In this document: positions 36,954-50,580 of the stretch, piece by piece
Layout of the letters: each line of letters starts with the position of its first letter
Position numbering within the stretch: position 1 is the first letter of the stretch
Assembly (NCBI RefSeq): GCF_001194135.2
Contig: NC_069007.1
Coordinates: 10,867,989-10,931,988, forward strand
DNA: 64,000 nucleotides
Direction of reading: 5' to 3'
Source: Octopus bimaculoides
Taxonomy: Eukaryota
The notes under the pieces: model-generated
Databases searched by the model: none
Seen by the model: the letters and a program-made list of their open reading frames with translations, nothing else
What the model was told of the DNA's origin: nothing
Made by a program: the position numbers and the translations under genes

Positions 36954-37683
36954 TGCTGATACATGTATGTGTTCATAATAAAATGCGCATGTGTTCATAT
37001 GTCTGCCTGTATGTACATATGCATATGTGTATGTGTGGAGAAAGAGAGGGAGGAGAGAGAGAAAGAGGAGACTGAGAGAGGGAGGTGAGTGAGAGAAGGA
37101 GAAAGGTGACTGAGTCCATGTAAACATAAAACACTGCTCTATTTCTAATTGCCAAATTCTCTTCTATCTCATCCTTGCTTCCAATGTACCATTGAAGAAA
37201 CCTCATTATTTGACCTGGTAGAAATAGCACCCAAATCTCCTTCAACACTCTAAACCCTACCATCTTTAAAGAAATGGAAGGATATATTGGATAATGTGAT
37301 CCTAGTTACATTATGGCTGAATTAAAGATGAAGGAGTCATGGCTGGATTTCCTTTGGATAAAGGTCTGCTCATTGAGGGCTGACCAGGAGCTAAATAATA
37401 ACAGTGTTTATAGTTGGAATATTTATTTTTTATACAGATCTGCTCAAAGGGACAAATTAACAGAGTCTGTAGATCATCAGAAAGAATGTTTTGCAGTATT
37501 TGTTGTGATTCTTTATGTTCCGAGTTAAGATCCAGTCAAAGACAACTGTACCTTTCAGGGTGGTGGACTGTGGGAGTTGTTTGAATGAAAAAATAACATG
37601 ACTGGTGGAATGTTTCCAGCTCTGTACATTCATTATTCTATTGATGCCTCATGGCCACCTGAAAGAATAAAAGAAATGAGAAG

Positions 37684-37860
37684 GAGACCCAGGAAGAGAT
37701 GGGTCAAAGTGCTGAAGGACAACCAAGAGGGAGACCCAGGAAGAGATGGGTCAAAGCGCTGAAGGACAACCAAGAGGGGGACCCAGGAAGACATGGGTCA
37801 AAGTGTTGAAGGACGATGAAGAGGGAGACCCAGGAACAGATGGGTCAAAGTATTGAAAGT
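37684..37860 (+). repeat. 47-bp tandem repeat x4 derived from the RTE RGRPRKRW motif
   Basis: Starts at 37684, 37731, 37778 and 37825; continues into the RTE 3' end (37860-38250). Confidence 0.85.
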
Positions 37861-38307
37861 TGACCTTAGGACACTGAACCTTACAAAGGAAATGATAAAG
37901 GCGAAGATATCTGGTGCTTTGCTGTACTCAAGAAGACCTGTTCTACACAGCAGAAGTGTTAATGCCACTCACCCTGCTAAAGAGAATTGGCCTGCAAGAA
38001 CCCTGTACTGGTGCCATGTGAAAGCACCCATGTTGGCTCCACTCCATGTAGCAGCATCTGTTCTAATACCACATAAAAGGCACTCAGAACACTCTGTAAA
38101 GTGGTTGGCATCAGGAAGGGCATCCAGCTGTAGAAACTAAGCCCGAAACAGATTCGAACCTGGTGCAGCTCTCCTGCTTAACCAACTCTGGTCAGACTGC
38201 CCAAATGATGCCAGCATGAAAAACAGACGATAAAGGTGGTGGGGATGATGATGACAATGATGACTATGATGATGATGATGATGATGTTGATGATGGTGAT
38301 GATGATG

Positions 38308-38378
<71 letters not shown>

Positions 38379-38599
38379 GGTGATGATGTGACTTTCCTCA
38401 GAAGTTGTGATTGACTAGAAGATAACGGTAACAATAATTGAAAAACCAATAAAAACAGATTTTCCTTGGTTTAATAGAGCAATGAGTTGTGATGAGATGT
38501 GATGCTGTTAAATTAAAGCTGATTTAGTGATATTAATTAATGAGAGAATCCATTCAGGAGATTGGTCTTAATGGTAGTATTTCTCTTAGCTTGAAATAT

Positions 38600-39250
38600 T
38601 ATATTCTGAATGTAGCCGATGCCAGCACCGCCTTGACTGGCTTCTGTGCTGGTGGCACATAAAAAGCACCAACCGATTGTGGCCGTTGCCAGCCTCCTCT
38701 GGCCCCTGTGCTGGTGGCACATAAAAAGCACCTACTACACTCATGGAGTGGTTGGTGTTAGGAAGGGCGTCCAGCTGTAGAAACACTGCCAGATCAGACT
38801 GGAGCCTGGTGCAGCCTCTTGGCTTCCCAGACCCTGGTTGAAACGTCCAACCCATGCTAGCATGGAAAACAGACGTTAAATGATGTTGTTGATGATGATG
38901 ATGATACAACAGGCTTCTTTCAGTTTCTGTCTATCAAATCCACTCATAAGGCTTTGGTCAGCCTGAGGGTACAGTAGAAGACACGTGACCAAGATGCCAT
39001 GCAGTGGAACTGAACCTGGAACCATGTGGTTGGTAAGCAAGGAGGGCACAGGTGTATCTATGTGGTAAGAAGCTTGCTTTCTAACCATAATTTAACCATA
39101 ATTTAGTGGTTCAACAACAGAGACCGATAGAATAGGTACCAGGCTTAAAAACAATTAATACTGGGGTTGGGGGTGAATTCATTTGGCTAAACATCCTTCA
39201 AAGTGGAACCCCAGTCTGGCTGCAGTCTAATCTCAGACACAATAAAAGAG
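38600..39250. mobile_element. RTE 3' end (+) followed by head-to-head SINE family A fragments
   Basis: 38600-38900 RTE tail with (gat)n; 38915-39040 minus head; 39045-39250 plus copy with deletions. Confidence 0.75.
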
Positions 39251-39267
39251 AAAAAATAAAAGAGAAA

Positions 39268-39307
<40 letters not shown>

Positions 39308-40241
39308 CGGAAATGTACTTGCATAGCAAGTGACCTGATTTGAGATCGTGTGCTGGNNNNNNNNNNNNNNNNNNNNNNNNNNNNNNNNNNNNNNNNNNNN
39401 NNNNNNNNNNNNNNNNNNNNNNNNNNNNNNNNNNNNNNNNNNNNNNNNNNNNNNNNNNNNNNNNNNNNNNNNNNNNNNNNNNNNNNNNNNNNNNNNNNNN
39501 NNNNNNNNNNNNATATAATAAATGCGAAAACTAATTTCTGTGTGTCATTGTGTCACAGTTCAAATCCCTCTCTCACTATTCACTGGCATTCCTACTATTG
39601 CTCATGTTGGGGTGAGAGTAATAGTAGGCATAGAGATGATAGTAGATTGACTGTTGTGATGGTAATGGGGTGATAGTAATAGTATGAACTGTAGTTGTGA
39701 AAGAAACAGAGGCGACAGTGATGATGGTGGTGGTGGTGGTGGTGGTGGTGGTAGCTGAAGCGGTCAGAGACAATAGTGATAGTAAGCGATGTGAAAGACA
39801 GTGGTGATAGTGGTGGAGGGGAAAGAGGTAAAGTCAAAAGTATTGATGGTGGTGGTGTCAGAAGTCTGAATGGTGTGTGTGTGGCAGTTGTGGTGGTGAT
39901 GGTGGTGGTGATGGTGTTGGTGATGGTTGAAAACAATCAACAGAAAGAGAGAGAGAGAGAGAAAGAAAGAAAGAAATTAGACAGAAAAAAATTTGTACTA
40001 ACCCCCGAATGGGAAGACAAAAAAATGTTGTTTATCATGCAGCTTTGCAATAAGTTCCAATTCGGCCTATTATATCATTGTTTTGATGAAAATTGTTCAT
40101 TGCTTGAAAAATATTGGTCAAGTCTAATAATATTTAATATGTACTCAATGCATGAATTGTCGTTATTGGGCTCAAGACCCAATGAAGAGCCCTCCACAAG
40201 AGATAGCTTAAAAGCTACTTGATAGGGTGACTTTTAAGCTA

Positions 40242-40273
<32 letters not shown>

Positions 40274-40987
40274 GCGAGTAAAAATAAATACAAAAAAGGT
40301 GGATTTTTTTGTATGATTGTGTATAGAGGAATATATTATTTTGCTTAAAAGAGTTCCAACACTGTCTGTTTTTTATGTTTTATTTATATTCCTGCAGAAC
40401 TAATGTGGGGTATAGAATATGGAATATACAATATATAATATGATATACAATATACAATATAAAATAAAATAAAATAAAAATGGATGGCACCATGAAAGAA
40501 AGTATTGAATGTAGATGAAATATTGAGTGTTCAATATAAAGGATCAAATATATAANNNNNNNNNNNNNNNNNNNNNNNNNNNNNNNNNNNNNNNNNNNNN
40601 NNNNNNNNNNNNNNNNNNNNNNNNNNNNNNNNNNNNNNNNNNNNNNNNNNNNNNNNNNNNNNNNNNNNNNNNNNNNNNNNNNNNNNNNNNNNNNNNNNNN
40701 NNNNNNNNNNNNNNNNNNNNNNNNNNNNNNNNNNNNNNNNNNNNNNNNNNNNNNNNNNNNNNNNNNNNNNNNNNNNNNNNNNNNNNNNNNNNNNNNNNNN
40801 NNNNNNNNNNNNNNNNNNNNNNNNNNNNNNNNNNNNNNNNNNNNNNNNNNNNNNNNNNNNNNNNNNNNNNNNNNNNNNNNNNNNNNNNNNNNNNNNNNNN
40901 NNNNNNNNNNNNNNNNNNNNNNNNNNNNNNNNNNNNNNNNNNNNNNNNNNNNNNNNNNNNNNNNNNNNNNNNNNNNNNNNNNNNNNN

Positions 40988-41029
<42 letters not shown>

Positions 41030-41473
41030 ATCATCATTGTTTAATGTCTGCTTTCCATGCTGGCATGGGTTAGACGGTTTGACTGGAGCTGATGAGCCAG
41101 AGAGCTGCACCAGGTTCCAGTCTGATTTGACGTGGTTTCTACAGCTAGATGATGCCTTTCCTAATGCCAACCACCCCAGGAGTGTAACAGGTGCTTTTAC
41201 ATGCCACCGGCATGGGTGCCATTTATATAACACTGGCAATGACCACAACTATGATTCACAGGTGAGTGTCATTTACTTGGCACCGTCAATGACCATGACT
41301 ACGATTCACAGGTGTGTGCCTTTTACATAGCATTGGCAATGATCTTGTGTATATGTATAAATAAGCAACATATATATATGTGTGTATTTGCATATATACA
41401 TATAAATATGTATACAATCATATACACACACACATATATATACACATATACGCTCTTATATATATATGTATAC

Positions 41474-41512
<39 letters not shown>

Positions 41513-41697
41513 AATGTACATATTCATACATACATATGCATATAAATTAAAATTTTGTGTCTGTTATTGATTTATATTTTTATCAATATATTCTGAATTT
41601 GATAAGAAAAATATAAATTATGTTTGAAAAGCTAATTTAGATCTTTAGATTTGCAAAGAAGGTGGAGAAATCTAATGGCACAGTGGATAACAATAAC

Positions 41698-41754
<57 letters not shown>

Positions 41755-41955
41755 CATCATCAACATCATCATCATAAAGATACAGAAGAAAAGATTTCTG
41801 TAGATGGATTAGGTAGATAATTAGGACGATGAAAATTAATGACTGCGAAGATGGTTATGATGATTATGATGAGGATGACGACAATGCTGCTGCTAGAGAT
41901 GATGTTGATGATGACCATGGTGATGGTGTCGATGTTGGTGATTATAATAGTGAGC

Positions 41956-41989
<34 letters not shown>

Positions 41990-42086
41990 TTGATGTTGAT
42001 GCTCATCACAGTGATGATGATAATGATGGTGATATTGATGATGTCAATTTATAGAACAAAAAGGAAGGATTGAACGAATAAAAGCG

Positions 42087-42129
<43 letters not shown>

Positions 42130-42813
42130 TAATAATATATGTATTCATATATGTGCATATACATACATACATACATATACACACACACACACAAAAATAT
42201 ATATGTATGCATTCACACACAAGCATTTATATAGTTATGTATATCTCCATATATACATGTATGTATATGTGAGTATGTATATGTATATATATNNNNNNNN
42301 NNNNNNNNNNNNNNNNNNNNNNNNNNNNNNNNNNNNNNNNNNNNNNNNNNNNNNNNNNNNNNNNNNNNNNNNNNNNNNNNNNNNNNNNNNNNNNNNNNNN
42401 NNNNNNNNNNNNNNNNNNNNNNNNNNNNNNNNNNNNNNNNNNNNNNNNNNNNNNNNNNNNNNNNNNNNNNNNNNNNNNNNNNNNNNNNNNNNNNNNNNNN
42501 NNNNNNNNNNNNNNNNNNNNNNNNNNNNNNNNNNNNNNNNNNNNNNNNNNNNAATAATCACAAAAATTATTTCTTTTTTATTTATCATTTTTTCTACTTT
42601 TTCTTTTTCCAATAACAAATTGAAAAAAATGGAATTGAATAAACTAAAAGTAAAAAAAAAAAAACGAAAAATAAATGAAATTATTTAGACCTTAATAAAA
42701 AAAAACATACAGAAAATGGAAAAGAAAAAGAAAGAAAGAAAGGAGAAAAGGAAGAAGAGAAAAGAAGAAGAAGAAGAAGAAGGACTGTTGGAAACTGCGA
42801 AGTTGCAAGAACA

Positions 42814-42838
42814 GTTACTATGGAAACGTGTGACGTGA
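42814..42838. promoter_or_regulatory. RFX X-box adjacent to a CRE/ATF-like site
   Basis: GTTACTATGGAAAC (42814-42827) fits GTTNCY-AT-RGNAAC; TGACGTGA at 42831-42838. Non-TE, relatively CpG-rich surroundings. Confidence 0.45.
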
Positions 42839-43052
42839 TGCATGAATTGCAACAAGCTGTATTTGTACTTGGTACAAAATACAGTTGCGTTGTTGTTGTT
42901 GTTGTTTTTGCTGTTTTTCTTGTTCTGGTGTTGCACAGGAATGCAATAACGCGTGCTTAATGACAAGGATAACTCTACTTCATTAAATACTTTGCATTCA
43001 TAGATTTATACATACACGCATATTGATAATTTATACACACTGCTATCTGTAT

Positions 43053-43087
<35 letters not shown>

Positions 43088-44202
43088 CACATTATATAAA
43101 TATATATATATATACATATATATATACAGACAGTGTTGGAACTCTTTTAAACAAAATAATATATTCCTCTATACACAATCATACAAAAAAACCACCTTTT
43201 TTGTATTTATTTTTACTCGCATATATATNNNNNNNNNNNNNNNNNNNNNNNNNNNNNNNNNNNNNNNNNNNNNNNNNNNNNNNNNNNNNNNNNNNNNNNN
43301 NNNNNNNNNNNNNNNNNNNNNNNNNNNNNNNNNNNNNNNNNNNNNNNNNNNNNNNNNNNNNNNNNNNNNNNNNNNNNNNNNNNNNNNNNNNNNNNNNNNN
43401 NNNNNNNNNNNNNNNNNNNNNNNNNNNNNNNNNNNNNNNNNNNNNNNNNNNNNNNNNNNNNNNNNNNNNNNNNNNNNNNNNNNNNNNNNNNNNNNNNNNN
43501 NNNNNNNNNNNNNNNNNNNNNNNNNNNNNNNNNNNNNNNNNNNNNNNNNNNNNNNNNNNNNNNNNNNNNNNNNNNNNNNNNNNNNNNNNNNNNNNNNNNN
43601 NNNNNNNNNNNNNNNNNNNNNNNNNNNNNNNNNNNNNNNNNNNNNNNNNNNNNNNNNNNNNNNNNNNNNNNNNNNNNNNNNNNNNNNNNNNNNNNNNNNN
43701 NNNNNNNNNNNNNNNNNNNNNNNNNNNNNNNNNNNTGTATAAGCATAAACATTTTTCAATATGCTTATTCACCTATCTGTATATATTTATACTTAAGTGC
43801 GTATGTCCACACGCACACACATACATGCACACACATATATACATACAGACATACTGATATATGTTGGTATAAATATGTGTTTATGTAAATATGTATAGTG
43901 TGTTTGTGTGTGTGTGTGTGTGTATGTTTGTGTATCCATGTATCCTCCGGGATTAATATTTCCAAAATAACTTATGTTTTTTTCTTCTATTTAGAATAAG
44001 GAAAGTCTAAACTTGGTCTGGTAAATTCTAATGATGATATTTTCGGATCATCTTTCATTAGAAGCATTATATTTTGGTTTGATCAAACAATGTAATATGC
44101 AAACATGTACATAAGATACCTAACTATGTGTGTGCATATATGTATATACATGTATATATATATATATGATCCACAGACGATATATATGTATACATATATG
44201 TC

Positions 44203-44253
<51 letters not shown>

Positions 44254-45059
44254 ATACATATGTATATATATTTGTATGTATATATATGTTCTATTTGAAC
44301 TGACAGGAGAGACAACTTTCCCACAGCAAGCATGTTGCATTAGATTAGCATGCTAATTTTGTGCAGAAATTAATATTCATCAGTAATGCTCACTCATTTG
44401 CTGGTAGTGAAGCTGAACTCATGCAGCAACAGTCTTCATCCATACACATCACATGACCACACCAGTGCAGTTTCGTTTCTTACAAACCGCATCTGATATT
44501 TCTTATGCACAATTTTTCTCTCAATACACTTGCACTTTGTTGTGCATACACACTGCTGCTGCACATCCAGCAAAGCATGCTAGCTTAATTTCTTTTAAGC
44601 ATTTAATGTCCTCTGTATTCACAACCCTCATTTCACTGCCATATTCCATTCTTGTTCATACATAAGCATCATGTCACTACCAACATGAGACCACCATCTG
44701 CATTAATCAACACAGAATATTTTGGACACACCTCATCCAGTTTCTTATTTCTTATTTCTTTATTGCCCACAAGGGGCTAAACATAGAGGGGACAAACAAG
44801 GACAGACAAAGGAATTAAGTCGATTACATCGACTCCAGTGCATAACTGGTACTTAATTTATCGACCCCGAAAGAATGAAAGGCAAAGTCGACCTCGGTGG
44901 AATTTGAACTCAGAACGTAACAGCAGATGAAATACTGCTAAGCATTTCGTCCGGCGGGGTAACGTTTCTGCCAGCTTGCTGACTTATTCAGTTTCTATGA
45001 GCCTGACATGTTAGGCTTGTTTGATGAGACTACAAAACTTTAAGTTGCATGGAGCTGAT

Positions 45060-45378
45060 TTTTTATTATTTATGCGCCCTTTTAAAGCCTAGCCAGGCTC
45101 ATGGGCCCAGTTTCCCGGTTTCTATGGCGTATGTGTTCCCCTCAGCTGGACAGGACGCCAATCCATTGCAGCGTTACTCAAGAAACAGGAAGAAAGAGTG
45201 AGAGATAGTTGGAGCGAAAGAGTTCAACAGGGGTCGCCACCCCCACCCCTCCACCCCCTGCCTGAGCCTCATGGAGCTTTAGGTGTTTTCGATCAATAAA
45301 CACACACAACACCCAGTCTGGGAATCAAAACTGTGATCCTCCGGCCATGAGTCTGCTGCCCTAACCACTCGGCCATTG
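45060..45378 (-). mobile_element. tRNA-derived SINE sharing the OR-type head with a different 3' half
   Basis: Head matches 4885-5070, then ATGGATTGGCGTCCTGTCCAG...CCATAGAAACCGGG...GGGCGCATAAATAA. Confidence 0.8.
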
Positions 45379-46295
45379 AAGCAAAAATTTAGACAATCAT
45401 CATTGTTTAACATCTGCCTTCCATACTGGCATGGGTGGGACAGTCTGACAAGAGCCAGTTAAGGAGAAGACTGCACCAAAATCTGTGTCTATTTTGGTAG
45501 GGTCGTTACAGCTGGGTGCCCTTCCTAACATCAACCACTCAGCAGAGTGGATTAATGAGTGCTTTTTATGTAACACAAGCACAAGTGAGGTCAGTTTTGG
45601 GAAGGCTTTTACAGCTGGATGCCCTTCCAAATGCCAACCACTTTACAGTGTGGACTGGATGCTTTTTAAGTGGAACCTCCACTGACAGGGTAACCAAGTA
45701 ACTTACAAAACAAGGAATCTTTGAGATGAGGTGATGAGGGGGGAAGGGGCTGGTTTCAAATTTTGACACAAGGCCAGCAAGTTCAGGGGAGAGGTTAGGT
45801 TGATTACATCTCCCTCAATGTTCAACTGGTACTTATTTTATCAACCCCAAAATGATGAAAGGTAAAGTCAACCTTGGTGGAATTTGAACATAAAGATGAC
45901 TGAAATGCTGCTAGGCATTTTGCCCTGCATGCTAACAATTCTGCAAGCTCCAGTTTGATTTATTTTACTGCTTAAATTTTCTTCTTACCCAATTTATTTT
46001 ACACTTAAATTCAATCATTATTCACTTGAAAATTGTGCATCCAAGTTCAACCTATTGATGTCTATAAATTTTTCTTGGTGGTGGTGTAAACCATGGTGGC
46101 ATTAGACATTTCTACAGAGAGAGAGAGAGAGAGAGGTCTGTACTTTAACTATGAGCCTATTTACATAGTTATGGAAAAGAGTCTACGTTTATTACATATA
46201 TGTATACACACATGGTGTCCAGAGTTAATCATCTATGAATTAACTATTTACAGTTCATTCACAGATAGTTAATTCTGGGATATCTTGTATATATA

Positions 46296-46327
<32 letters not shown>

Positions 46328-46933
46328 ACTAATAATATATGTATGTACATATATATGTATGCATATATATATATATATATGGGTACACGATGTCATCAAC
46401 TGTGCAAACAACATGAAATACGTAAACAAACAAGTTAAATACATGAACAACGAGAGGAAAAAATGGAAAACAGAACAAGTAAACACAGAGAAAGGACCCT
46501 TCATCAGTTGTCAGCCGTCTATCTACTCCTCATTTTGAGCATTCAATGACAATATGAGTCTTCAAAGACAGTTCCTCCCACAAATTCTAAAATAAAATTT
46601 AGGATTTATGGAAGGTCAAAGTTGGAAACAAAAACAGGACAGTGGAGACATACAAGGAAACTGAATGAAAACAAACATGGAGGGTTGTTAGACTAGAACA
46701 AGAGGAAAATAGTGAATGTTGGGAGAAATATTTTCTTTGAAAAGATAGAAGAGACAGAANNNNNNNNNNNNNNNNNNNNNNNNNNNNNNNNNNNNNNNNN
46801 NNNNNNNNNNNNNNNNNNNNNNNNNNNNNNNNNNNNNNNNNNNNNNNNNNNNNNNNNNNNNNNNNNNNNNNNNNNNNNNNNNNNNNNNNNNNNNNNNNNN
46901 NNNNNNNNNNNNTATATATATATATATATATAC

Positions 46934-46964
<31 letters not shown>

Positions 46965-47234
46965 AGGAAAATGGGATTAAAAAATCCTGGCAGATATGAA
47001 GTAAGCACTCAGTATAAAAGAATAAGGTTAAATTTCCAACAAGTAGATTCCAGTAAATGTTTGTAGAATACAAATCCCAGGTAAATCCTTATGTATGACA
47101 GGTAAATCCAACAATCCTTATGCAGAGATTTAAGAAATTCAGAGTCTTAACAACAATCAATAATATGTATGAAGAAAATCATATTTTTATTTCAGATCAC
47201 ACTTTAAAAATCCAACAATTTTTTCACTTACATT

Positions 47235-47284
<50 letters not shown>

Positions 47285-47319
47285 CATCTATATATGTGCC
47301 CTGAGAGAAAAGTTGGATT

Positions 47320-47760
47320 TAAGAAGCATCAGATGTGATGTGCAAGAGAGATGACTGTGCTGGTACGGTCATGTGTTGTGAATGAATGAGGACAGCTGTG
47401 TGAAAAAGTGTCACACCCTAGCAGTTGAGGGAACCTGTGGAAGAGGTAGACCCAGGATGACCTGGGATGAGGTGGTGAAGCACGACCTTCGAACATTGGG
47501 CCTTACCAAGACAATGACGGGTGACTGGGACCTTTGGAGATATGCTGTGCTTGAGAAGACCCAACAAGCCAAGTGAGACCATAGATCATGGCCTATGCAA
47601 GTGGGTGTAACCAGCCCATTTATGAATACCCCTCATTCATTGGACAAGAAACCATGCTTGTGAAGACATTGAGGCAAGTGAAATCAAAATCAAAATTGCT
47701 GACGTGGCCGATGAGAGTACCACCTGATTGGCACTCATACCAGTGGAACATTAAAAGCAC
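47320..47760 (+). mobile_element. RTE RT C-terminus and 3' UTR
   Basis: ORF 47382-47576 MNEDSCVKKCHTLAVEGTCGRGRPRMTWDEVVKHDLRTLGL. Confidence 0.9.
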
Positions 47761-47762
47761 AT

Positions 47763-47832
47763 CTGTTCGACAAATGGGAACATGAAACTCTGAGTAACAG
47801 TTTTTGTGATATTTTTGCTGCTTTTTAATAAA

Positions 47833-47835
<3 letters not shown>
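47763..47835 (+). ncRNA. Decayed copy of the 59-60 kb type I hammerhead element
   Basis: CTGT-TCGACAA-ATG GGAA CAT-GAAA-CTC T GAG-TA-ACAG, followed by the same 3' arm tttttgtgatatttttgctgctttttaataaagtat. Confidence 0.65.
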
Positions 47836-47867
<32 letters not shown>

Positions 47868-47869
47868 CA

Positions 47870-48220
47870 GGAACAGGGTTGGCTGTGTGGTAAGAAGCTT
47901 GCTTCTCAACCACATGGCTCAGTCCCATTATATGGCACCTTGGGCAAGTGTCTTTTACTATAACCTCAAGATGACCAAAGCCTTGTGAGTGGATTTGGTA
48001 GAAGGAAACTGAAAAAAGCCCATCATATGTGTGTGTGTGTGTGTGTTTGTCCCCCATCACTGCTTGACAACTGGTGTTGGTATGTTTATGTCCCTGTAAC
48101 TCAGTGAGACTGAAAAAGAAACATGAACTTGGGTCAATTCATTTGACTAAAATTCTTCTAGGTGGTGCCCCAGCATGGCCACAGCCTAATGTCTGAAACA
48201 AATAAAAGATAAAAGACATA
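47870..48220 (+). mobile_element. SINE family A
   Basis: Head, internal (TG)n and tail as in other copies. Confidence 0.85.
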
Positions 48221-48865
48221 TGTAAATTTGTTTAGAATTTAGTTAGAAATATGAAGTCTTAGTCTTTTACTGAATGCTCAATGCTAACAACATTGCAAGT
48301 GACAGCCTAAAATTCTTAAAAAAAAAAAAGAATGGTTAGCAAAAATTTCTTATAAATTATTTCACACAAATGGTCGCTGTAAATAATATTACATAACTCA
48401 AGAACCAGAATTAAGTCTCGATATTCAATTCTGAAAAAGACTTTCGGCTGCTCAATAGTTCTGTCACGCTTTATAAATAAGAATTTATTTTAGAAACATT
48501 TTCGTTGTTTTAAGGTTACTTCGAACAACCAAATATTTTAAATTGCTAATTATCCAAGAAATATGACAATCAAATCACCATAATACAAAGTTTTTATTCT
48601 AAAATAAATCATGAAAGGAGTAAATATTGAAGATTACAGGAAAATGGACGAGATGAGTTGTCTGGTTGTGTTGCTGCTTTTCATGGAGTTCTGAACAACA
48701 GAGGAATTTAACACTACCACCACCACCACTTCCCCTTATCATACTAAGAGTCTCTTTGCGTGTGCATGTCTATGATGCGTGTGAGCGTGTGTGGGGATGC
48801 TTCATTTTTTATTTTGGCATCTTTGTGTTCAGTCAAAGGAATAGTCAATACTGATAAAGCATGAG

Positions 48866-48921
<56 letters not shown>

Positions 48922-49417
48922 TGTGTGTGTGCGTGTGTGTGTGGGTGTATGCCTCTTTCTTTCGTTTGTCCACTCACTCACTCATATATATATCATCATC
49001 AGCATCATCATCATTTAACATCTGTTTCCCATGCTGGCCTGGCTTGGATGGTTTGACAAGGGCTGGCCTGCGAGGGAGCTGCACCAGGCTCCATTGCCTG
49101 CTTTAGTATTGTTTCTATGGAAGGATGCCCTTTCTAATGTCAACCACTTTACAGAGAGTACTGGGTACCTTTTATGTGGCACCGACATGGATGCTTTATA
49201 CATGGCAACAGCACAGGTCCTTTTTTAGTGCCACGAACACCCACAAACTTGTGAGAGAAGGATGTCTCAGCTGAGAGACGGAGTGGGAGCATAATTGTAA
49301 AGGACATACCTGTATGTATGTATGGCCATGATTTTACTTAATGTGGTGTGTCTTCTCAAGCACAGCACATTGCCAGAAGTTTCAGCCCCTTTGCATCTCC
49401 TCAGTAAGACCAAATGT

Positions 49418-49457
<40 letters not shown>

Positions 49458-49464
49458 TACATAC

Positions 49465-49511
<47 letters not shown>

Positions 49512-49730
49512 NNNNNNNNNNNNNNNNNNNNNNNNNNNNNNNNNNNNNNNNNNNNNNNNNNNNNNNNNNNNNNNNNNNNNNNNNNNNNNNNNNNNNNNNN
49601 NNNNNNNNNNNNNNNNNNNNNNNNNNNNNNNNNNNNNNNNNNNNNNNNNNNNNNNNNNNNNNNNNNNNNNNNNNNNNNNNNNNNNNNNNNNNNNNNNNNN
49701 NNNNNNNNNNNNNNNNNNNNNNNNNNNNNN

Positions 49731-49774
<44 letters not shown>

Positions 49775-49933
49775 GACGTGTGTGTGTATAATAAAAAAAT
49801 AATTTGGACAAATAAGTATATAATTAGATTATCGTATTTAAATGTTGAGTAGAGCACTGAAACAGTTTAGGCTACCTGTTGTCATCTGCAGTAGTGGTAC
49901 ACTTCCATTGGATCTACTTCAGTTAGGGGAATT

Positions 49934-50012
49934 ATATTAATTAACAGGAGATGGATTCTGTATTAAACCTTTATTGGCTTTAATAGCAAATCCATCTCCT
50001 GTTAATTAATAT
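49934..50012. repeat. Hairpin with 24-bp perfect arms
   Basis: atattaattaacaggagatggatt (49934-49957) is the exact reverse complement of 49989-50012. Confidence 0.9.
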
Positions 50013-50022
50013 TATATATATA

Positions 50023-50580
50023 CGAGGGTGAGTTAAAAAGTAATGCCATTTTGTTTAGGACAGGTATAATTACCAACACAGGAACATGTATCATACATCA
50101 AAATGAAGCTAGTCCTCTGTGGATCACATCCCTACTTCTCAACATAGTCACCGTTTCTCTCAATAGCGATGTTCCACCTTCAAATGAGAGTATGTATCCC
50201 TGCCCCATAAAATTCTGTTGACTGTTCTTTGAGTCACTTTTTCACTACAGTTTTCACTTCCTCATCACTGGGATAATGTTTGCCTCTCAAACCCTCTTTT
50301 ATGGGGTCGAAGATATGATTGTCTGAAGGCACTGAATCTGGTGAGTGCAGGTACTGACCCTGTCAGTCTTACATTCATTAGTCAGCTTTCCCGGTACCCA
50401 ACAGGCACACACCTTTGAAAAGCCAAGTGATTTGACAATGTTGTAAGTACTTCCATGGCTCACTTCATGGTTTTTTGCCAACTCATCAAGAGTTACGTGC
50501 TTGTCTTCTCTGATCAGAGCATCTGCTTTTGCTTTATTGGCAGGATTCACAGAACCAACAAAGAGTAAAAATGTCCTGGA
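50023..50580 (-). mobile_element. Internally deleted mariner
   Basis: TA|CGAGGGTGAGTTAAAAAGTAATG TIR. Minus strand DALIREDKHVTLDELAK...LGFSKVCACWVPGKLT is joined to the C-terminal LRGKHYPSDEEVKTVV...RWNIAIERNGDYVEK*. Confidence 0.85.

Noticed and set aside
43975-44095. Splice-acceptor-like ttttcttctatttag with short open frames
   Set aside because: Early stops or weak donors in every frame; no recognisable product.
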